This document shows, piece by piece, positions 43,648-48,840 of a DNA stretch of 48,840 nucleotides (positions are counted from its first letter, which is position 1; each line of letters starts with the position of its first letter). The DNA is from Oscillospiraceae bacterium (GTDB lineage: Bacteria; Bacillota; Clostridia; Oscillospirales; SIG530), in assembly GCA_015067075.1 (NCBI GenBank), contig SVND01000016.1:1-48840 (forward strand), written 5' to 3'. The position numbers were made by a program, and so were the translations under genes. A model generated the notes under the pieces. That model saw only the letters and a list, made by a program, of their open reading frames with translations, was not told the DNA's origin and did no database searches.

Positions 43648-43676
43648 TTCTACAATAATTATACTTTGCAATTTTT
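43648..43676 (-). promoter_or_regulatory. Consensus sigma-A promoter (TTGACA-N17-TATAAT) for the histidine phosphatase gene
   Basis: On the minus strand, TTGACA is the reverse complement of 43671-43676 and TATAAT the reverse complement of 43648-43653. Confidence 0.5.
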
Positions 43677-43730
43677 ATATTGTCAAGGCATTATTTTATA
43701 ATAAATTTCAGTTTATATAGTGATGATCGT

Positions 43731-43779
43731 CATAAAAACAAAGCAATTATAACGAGGTATCCCGTCACAATTGCTTTGT
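43731..43779 (-). terminator. Rho-independent terminator of the tyrosine-phosphatase-like gene
   Basis: ACAAAGCAATT / AATTGCTTTGT 11-bp stem with a 20-nt loop, followed on the minus strand by TTTTTATG. Confidence 0.6.
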
Positions 43780-43802
43780 GAATGTTTTAAAAATAGTATT
43801 TA

Positions 43803-45155
43803 CTATCCTTCAAGAAAGATACTGCGGATGCTTTCTATCTGTTCTTCCGTAACACCTATAGACAGCAAATACCCCTCAGCTTTAGTCTTCAAGCTATCTC
43901 CCGGTAATTTTTTAAATTTTTCAACAAACGTGCTCATTAAATCAGATGAAACATCACCATGATGAAGGCCCGACAGCTGATAATCCTTCATCAATGATCC
44001 TTCTTCCACGCCAAGGAGACTTTCGAGCACATAGCATATCGTGCCCGTTCTATCAACACCATATGTACAGTGCATATATATGGGATAATTATTAGCATCG
44101 GCTAAATCTGAAAAGATCTCTCTTATCGGCTCTGAATTTCTTTCCTTAAGAATATTCGCATACATCGCCGCGCCGTAATACTTATGCCGTACTGTTTCAC
44201 CCAAGGCATCAGTTCCACGCACATTATCAGAGGAAAGTCTGAGATCCATATCCATTTTTATGCCAAACTCCGTGAGCATCGTATTTACGCTCTCGTCAGA
44301 TATTTTATAGGCAGGCACAACAGCGCCGTCTATTTCACAGCCCCTGTAAAGTAGTCCCTGCTTAACTGTTTGTCCGTCCGTCGTCTTCCAGCCGCCTATA
44401 TCGCGCAAATTGTATACTCCATTTAAAGTCAGCACTCTTGGCGTATCTGCAGTTTTAAAGCTACCGTTTACAGATTTTTTCAAACCGCTGTCAACGGTCA
44501 CCTCTACCTTATAATAGTACTGCGTTCCCGTCTTCAAATGATAAACATCCATCTCGGTAGCTTTTCCGTCAATAGTATATACTATAGGGTCATCGAATTT
44601 ATCATTATCCGCAACAATATAGCGAACGGTTTCTACTTCCCTTCCCGTCGGAATGCTATCTATTTCATAGGAAAGCTTAACGGGCAAGCCAACGTCTAAT
44701 CTGTCGCTTATGATTTTATATTTCCTATATACGCTTTTTACAGATACAGATGAATCAGCATTCATAAATTCTTCAACTGCAGGGCCGACTATAACAACAT
44801 CTTCATCGAAATTCGGTATGCTGAACTGTAGTGCTTCCCCTGTGGGCGTTATTTTTCCGTCAGAAACAGCTCCGTTACCATTATTCGCCATAAAAACATC
44901 GCGGCTGTCCATTATAGCGCCGACTATAATAAAGCTAATGATCAAAACAAGAATAATCGCTGCATGAGTTAAGTATTTTTTATTTTCCCTTAAAAAGTGT
45001 TTTATTTTTCCGCTCTGTCTGCTTCCATGTGTTCTGTGACTACTATGAGTATGATGTCTGTGTGTATCTGAATTGCTCGTCGACGGCAGTTCCATAGCTT
45101 GCTCTGCTTCGTTTTTCTCCGCTGTATTAATATCACTTGTATCCTTTTTTTCCAT
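43803..45155 (-). CDS. Membrane-anchored protein-tyrosine-phosphatase-like protein (Y_phosphatase3-type CX5R motif)
   Basis: PTP signature HCTYGVDRTG (C-x5-R). It has a His/Ser-rich N-terminal tail (THRHHTHSSHRTHGSRQSG), a single TM (AAIILVLIISFIIVGAI), an extracytoplasmic beta-rich region and then the phosphatase domain. The start is at the ATG (MEKKDT…). The track start is GTG, 9 nt upstream. Confidence 0.65.
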   Translation of the reverse strand: MEKKDTSDINTAEKNEAEQAMELPSTSNSDTHRHHTHSSHRTHGSRQSGKIKHFLRENKKYLTHAAIILVLIISFIIVGAIMDSRDVFMANNGNGAVSDGKITPTGEALQFSIPNFDEDVVIVGPAVEEFMNADSSVSVKSVYRKYKIISDRLDVGLPVKLSYEIDSIPTGREVETVRYIVADNDKFDDPIVYTIDGKATEMDVYHLKTGTQYYYKVEVTVDSGLKKSVNGSFKTADTPRVLTLNGVYNLRDIGGWKTTDGQTVKQGLLYRGCEIDGAVVPAYKISDESVNTMLTEFGIKMDMDLRLSSDNVRGTDALGETVRHKYYGAAMYANILKERNSEPIREIFSDLADANNYPIYMHCTYGVDRTGTICYVLESLLGVEEGSLMKDYQLSGLHHGDVSSDLMSTFVEKFKKLPGDSLKTKAEGYLLSIGVTEEQIESIRSIFLEG

Positions 45156-45186
45156 ATATATCACTTCTCTTTCAACTGATTATAGT

Positions 45187-45240
45187 CTGTTATTTTACAT
45201 AAAGCCGCTGAAAAAATAGTAACCTTATGTAAAATAACAG
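45187..45240. promoter_or_regulatory. Perfect 16-bp inverted repeat in the promoter/5' region of the phosphatase gene
   Basis: CTGTTATTTTACATAA (45187-45202) / TTATGTAAAATAACAG (45225-45240) with a 22-bp spacer. There is no adjacent T-run, so it is not a terminator. It lies just upstream of a TATAAT-like hexamer on the minus strand. Confidence 0.4.
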
Positions 45241-45244
45241 CAAA

Positions 45245-45278
45245 GGGCTCTGCCCGCTCAAAACGAGACAGAGCCCTC
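45245..45278 (-). terminator. Terminator of the large surface protein gene
   Basis: AGGGCTCTG / CAGAGCCCT 9-bp stem with a 16-nt loop. On the minus strand it is followed by a moderately T-rich tract. Confidence 0.5.
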
Positions 45279-45319
45279 ATTCTGTTTAAATAAATTATTC
45301 AGAAATTACGCTGTTTTTA

Positions 45320-48300
45320 TTACTTTATAAGCTTTCCTGTTTCATCAAATATATGAATATGAGAATTAAGTAAATCGTTTTCAGTTGTCGTCCAATATGT
45401 ACCTTTTGCAACCATACCGTTGGAACGGACATAATAGATGTTGTCTTCCCACTTTATAGGACCTGCTCCATACTGGATCTGACCGTCAACATAGTAATAA
45501 CCGTCTACTACACCGTTAAGGCTTGTGTTGAGCTCTTCGACATTAAGCATTACGCCTTTATTATCGAAGCTATAAAGCTTTGCGAGAACATCGTAGCCAT
45601 TGGTGTTGGATATCCAATATTCGCGGTTGTTTACAACTTCACCACTGCTTCTTACATAGTAGTAGTTGTCATCAATCTTGATAAGACCCTTTCCGCAAGC
45701 GAGAATACCATTTTCATAGTAGTACAAGCTATTGTTTTCTTCAACGATTCCGTCACGGATGTCCATGATACCCTTGTCGCTGAAGGAATATGTCTTAGCC
45801 TCAAGCAAGCCATTAGACTTGGTGATCCAATACTTACCTGTAGCAAGCTTTCCGTTGGAGCGAACGTAGATATAAGCATTGTTGTACTCAGTATCGTCGG
45901 AGGCTTTGCCTGTGTACTTGATAAGACCCTTGTAAGCTTTTACGCCGCCTTCATAATAATAGTAAGCGCCGTCTTCGAAATAGATACCGTTCTTTTCAGA
46001 AGAGATCGGATTGAGCATGTATCCGTTCTCATCGAAGTCATAGTAGCCTTTAACGATGCCTTCGCCTGCTACATAGTAGTTTCTATTAGCAACAAGCTGA
46101 GAAGTGGAGCTTCTTACATAGATATACTTATAAGCTCCGCCGACTTCTACATTAATAAGACCGTTCTTTGCTGTGTAGCAGTAGTTGCTGTAGTATCTTA
46201 AAGCTTCTCCTACCTTAACAACACTGTCATACAGGCAGAGCTTACCGTTTGCATCAAAGGTGTAACCACCATTCGCTACAGTTGTCTTGCCGTTAATGGT
46301 AAGACCGTTAGCTCTGATCATATAAGCATCACCGGTAGCCATGATGTTGCCGCCGTTATCGGTATCACCGATGAAGTAGTAGTAATCGGTACCGTCGGTA
46401 GCAAGGCCGTAGTGCCAGGGGATCATACCGTTGACAGCATAGCGCTTCGTGCCGTTGTGGTCAACCATGCCGTTCGTTGTATACTCGAACTTGCCGTTTT
46501 CATCGAAAATAAACCACGCACTGGAATAATCAATGAATTTGTCGTCAGCATTAGGTTCGGGGCTCTCGTAAGTATTGCCGTTTATTGCTACCGTGGGATA
46601 AGGAACGCGGGTGATACCCTTGGCGGGCTCAGCATTGGTGAAATAGTACCAAACGTCGCCGACCTTGTTCCAGCCATTCATAGCTGTCCACTGAGCCGTA
46701 ATGGTCAGATCCTCAGCAGGCATAGTGTTGGGGATTTCAACATCCCAACCTGCAAAGATATAACCAAATCGAGCGGGATCTGCAATAGGAGCAATGTCAG
46801 TACCGTAATTCTCGGTAATAGCCAGGTATGCGATATCACCGGTATTTTCAAAGGTGATAGTATACTTGTTGATCGTGAGAGTCGCCTCCATGGTGATATC
46901 CTCAGCAGGCATTGCTGTAGGAATATTACTCCAACCGGAGAAGGTATGACCCTCGGGGGTGGCATAGGCGGGAGCGGTGACGGCTTCGCCGTACTTGACA
47001 TCGGTGGTGGTGAAGGTCTCGCCGTTCACATTCCAGGTGACGGTGTAGCTGTTTACCGTAAGAGTTGCGTCAAGAGTAATATCCTCTGCAGGCATTGTTG
47101 CAGGAACATCCCAGCCGGAGAAGCTGTAACCCTCAGATGCGTTGTATACAGGAGCTGTAATGGTGCTACCGTAAGCAACCTCTTCAGTATTGTATGTTTC
47201 GCCGTTTATTGTCCATGTGACGATGTATTTGATTGGTGTCCAAGTTGCATATGCAACGGTGTCGGATGTAATAATCGTTCCGTTCTCAATCTTAATGCTC
47301 TCAGCAGTATACCAACCGAAGGTATGTCCAACATCCTTACCATTAGGTGCCGCAGGAATAGTTACACCTGTAAGACCGATAGATGTATTATAAGTAATGT
47401 AAACAGAAGCATGCGTATCCTCACCGTTCTTTAATGTAACGAGCATACGCTCTATCGCTTTGCAGGACTTGCATTCGTGCTTATCATCAAATTCACAAGT
47501 TGCATCTGCTTCAACGACTTTTTGGCAATCTTTACAGATTTTTTTATGAGTGTTGACAGGAGTACCGTTCTGGCTATAAGTGAATCCATTCGCACCGTGA
47601 GACTTTGCTGCAGTTGTTACTGCGCCGCACTCGGTACAGAAGATCGCGGTGGTGCAATCGCCGTCGTCAGCAGCGGGGGTGTGGCCGCCGTCTACGTTGT
47701 CAACGGTACAGCCGGCGTTATCACAAGCGTGGTTATTATCGTCGCCGTCTACGTGAGTCTTGGCCGCGGTGGTTTCCGCGCCGCACTCGGTACAGTAGAT
47801 CGCGGTAGTGCAATCGCCGTCGTCAGCAGCGGGGGTGTGGCCGCCGTCTACGTTGTCAACGGTACAGCCGGCGTTATCACAAACGTGGTTCTTGTCGTCG
47901 CCGTCTACGTGAGTCTTGGCCGCGGTGGTTTCCGCGCCGCACTCGGTACAGTAGATCGCGGTAGTGCAATCGCCGTCGTCAGCAGCGGGGGTGTGGCCGC
48001 CGTCTACGTTGTCAACGGTACAGCCGGCGTTATCACAAACGTGGTTCTTGTCGTCGCCGTCTACGTGAGTCTTGCCCTCAACTGCATTCTTGGAGCAGTT
48101 CACGCACTTGATTGCGGTAGTGCAATCGCCGTCGTCAGCAGCGGGAGTGTGAGCATCCTTTGCAGGAGTGGTCACAGTGCCGCAAACAGAGCACTCGATC
48201 GCAGTGGTGCAATCGCCGTCGTCAGCCTTGGGAGTGTGAGAATCCTTTGCAGGAGTGGTCACGGTTCCGCAGACGGAGCACTCGATTGCGGTAGTGCAAT

Positions 48301-48840
48301 CGCCGTCGTCATCTGCGGGGGTATGACCGGTTGCGGGAATCTCTACAGGGTTGTCGATTAAATTCTGTGCCTGTGCATCGGAATAAAGCTTTTCGCAGGA
48401 GCACTTGTAGTATGCTTCGTAGCCTGCTTCGTTGCAGGTTGCATCCTTCTGGGGTATATGGCTCAGCGTGCCCTGATGGCAAGCGTAATCCTCGCCGCCA
48501 ACGTCGCACTTGTGGTCAGAAGGAGCCTCATCGGCGCAAGAGCCCATAATGTATCCACAGCCGGAGCAGGAATGCTTGCCGTCTTTAACTTCATAGTCGT
48601 GAGCGACAGCAGTAAATACCGCGTAGTAGGTTACATCTGCTGTTGCTGCAGGAAGAGGATTAAGAACATCACCGTTTTCGCTGGTTGCCCAACCTGCGAA
48701 GGTGTAGTGACCGGAAGCGTCGGAGGTCTTTGTGGGCGTTTCGCCCTTGAAGGAAGGAACGGAACCGGAGTTGATGTCCTCATTGTAGATCTCGGTTGTG
48801 CCGTTCATCCACTTGACATTGACTTGTGCATTGCACTTCT
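45320..48840 (-). CDS. Very large cell-surface protein: N-terminal Flg_new-type repeats, Cys-rich tandem repeats, then Flg_new repeats and C-terminal cell-wall-binding (choline-binding-like) repeats; N-terminus lies outside the window
   Basis: The frame stays open through 48840, so it is partial. Features are a 52-aa Cys-rich repeat (HTPAADDGDCTTAIYCTECGAETTAAKTHVDGDDKNHVCDNAGCTVDNVDGG) in 3-4 copies, shorter 29-aa variants, Flg_new-like units (YTVTWNVNGETFTTTDVKYGEAVTAPA…GHTFSGW), and many YYF/YYY-type cell-wall-binding repeats (GWNKVGDVWYYF…, …NIYYVRSNGMVAKGTYW). Confidence 0.75.
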   Translation of the reverse strand, partial: KCNAQVNVKWMNGTTEIYNEDINSGSVPSFKGETPTKTSDASGHYTFAGWATSENGDVLNPLPAATADVTYYAVFTAVAHDYEVKDGKHSCSGCGYIMGSCADEAPSDHKCDVGGEDYACHQGTLSHIPQKDATCNEAGYEAYYKCSCEKLYSDAQAQNLIDNPVEIPATGHTPADDDGDCTTAIECSVCGTVTTPAKDSHTPKADDGDCTTAIECSVCGTVTTPAKDAHTPAADDGDCTTAIKCVNCSKNAVEGKTHVDGDDKNHVCDNAGCTVDNVDGGHTPAADDGDCTTAIYCTECGAETTAAKTHVDGDDKNHVCDNAGCTVDNVDGGHTPAADDGDCTTAIYCTECGAETTAAKTHVDGDDNNHACDNAGCTVDNVDGGHTPAADDGDCTTAIFCTECGAVTTAAKSHGANGFTYSQNGTPVNTHKKICKDCQKVVEADATCEFDDKHECKSCKAIERMLVTLKNGEDTHASVYITYNTSIGLTGVTIPAAPNGKDVGHTFGWYTAESIKIENGTIITSDTVAYATWTPIKYIVTWTINGETYNTEEVAYGSTITAPVYNASEGYSFSGWDVPATMPAEDITLDATLTVNSYTVTWNVNGETFTTTDVKYGEAVTAPAYATPEGHTFSGWSNIPTAMPAEDITMEATLTINKYTITFENTGDIAYLAITENYGTDIAPIADPARFGYIFAGWDVEIPNTMPAEDLTITAQWTAMNGWNKVGDVWYYFTNAEPAKGITRVPYPTVAINGNTYESPEPNADDKFIDYSSAWFIFDENGKFEYTTNGMVDHNGTKRYAVNGMIPWHYGLATDGTDYYYFIGDTDNGGNIMATGDAYMIRANGLTINGKTTVANGGYTFDANGKLCLYDSVVKVGEALRYYSNYCYTAKNGLINVEVGGAYKYIYVRSSTSQLVANRNYYVAGEGIVKGYYDFDENGYMLNPISSEKNGIYFEDGAYYYYEGGVKAYKGLIKYTGKASDDTEYNNAYIYVRSNGKLATGKYWITKSNGLLEAKTYSFSDKGIMDIRDGIVEENNSLYYYENGILACGKGLIKIDDNYYYVRSSGEVVNNREYWISNTNGYDVLAKLYSFDNKGVMLNVEELNTSLNGVVDGYYYVDGQIQYGAGPIKWEDNIYYVRSNGMVAKGTYWTTTENDLLNSHIHIFDETGKLIK
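47625..48092. repeat. Three near-identical 156-bp tandem repeats inside the surface protein gene
   Basis: The period is exactly 156 bp, with starts at 47625, 47781 and 47937. Copies 2 and 3 are identical over about 138 bp. Copy 1 differs at a few positions. Each unit is in frame and encodes one 52-aa Cys-rich repeat. Degenerate copies continue to about 48310. Confidence 0.85.

Noticed and set aside
47625-48092. Possible CRISPR array suggested by regularly spaced near-identical repeats
   Set aside because: The period is 156 bp with no unique spacers. The repeats are contiguous, in frame and coding (52-aa protein repeats), inside a long ORF. No cas genes are present.
47477-48361. 294-aa plus-strand ORF (Gly/Val/Ala-rich) and the 46412..47434 plus-strand ORF
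   Set aside because: Both lie antisense to the 156-bp tandem repeats and repeat-rich part of the large minus-strand surface protein gene. Their low-complexity composition is a frame artefact of the repeats. They have no SD and no independent support.
1-48840. tRNA, rRNA, riboswitch, integrase/transposase or prophage signatures
   Set aside because: No cloverleaf-compatible segments, rRNA-like stretches, recognisable riboswitch cores, recombinase or transposase ORFs or phage structural genes were found in any intergenic region or ORF inspected. The window looks like core chromosome rather than a mobile island.

Overview
This 48.8-kb window reads as an ordinary chromosomal region of a sporulating, anaerobic Firmicute of Clostridia type. 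It carries SpoVT, SLH and cell-wall-binding-repeat surface proteins, a complete rnfCDGEAB operon, the yloU-yloV pair, two glycyl-radical-enzyme homologues and a CsoR-CopA copper module. I count about 45 protein-coding genes and no rRNA, tRNA, CRISPR, integrase or transposase. The track's start codons include TTG and GTG translated as M, so several starts were re-set to a downstream ATG or GTG with a Shine-Dalgarno sequence.

Segments, in order:
- Partial FAD-oxidoreductase 3' end, a lipoprotein and an L-arabinose/L-fucose-isomerase-family gene.
- A minus-strand three-gene operon: flavin-reductase-like, macro domain fused to an HTH, and a small vWA protein.
- tmk, a membrane protein, holA and an addA that has no addB in the window.
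- A secreted SLH protein, then an aldose-1-epimerase plus glycyl radical enzyme operon.
- An operon of MerR-like protein, NfeD, flotillin and a small ORF.
- spoVT, an amidase, a membrane protein, manA, a standalone E2-like acyltransferase domain, aspartate kinase, yloV, yloU and the rnf operon.
- A GH127-like glycosidase, then an AraC regulator and a second glycyl radical enzyme, this pair flanked by identical 35-bp terminator repeats.
- csoR-copA, a histidine phosphatase, a membrane tyrosine-phosphatase-like protein and a more than 1160-aa Cys-rich repeat surface protein carrying near-identical 156-bp tandem repeats.

The most interesting observations are:
- Two glycyl-radical-enzyme homologues without any radical-SAM activase in the window. 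One has Gly-Trp instead of Gly-Tyr in the radical motif, and both are unusually short.
- An araC plus glycyl-radical-enzyme module bracketed by 35-bp direct repeats.
- An uncharacterised operon of flavin reductase, macro-HTH and vWA, with an SD-sequestering hairpin before the vWA gene.
- An E2-like acyltransferase domain whose catalytic His is replaced by Glu.
- A Cys-rich repeat adhesin with recently homogenised tandem repeats.
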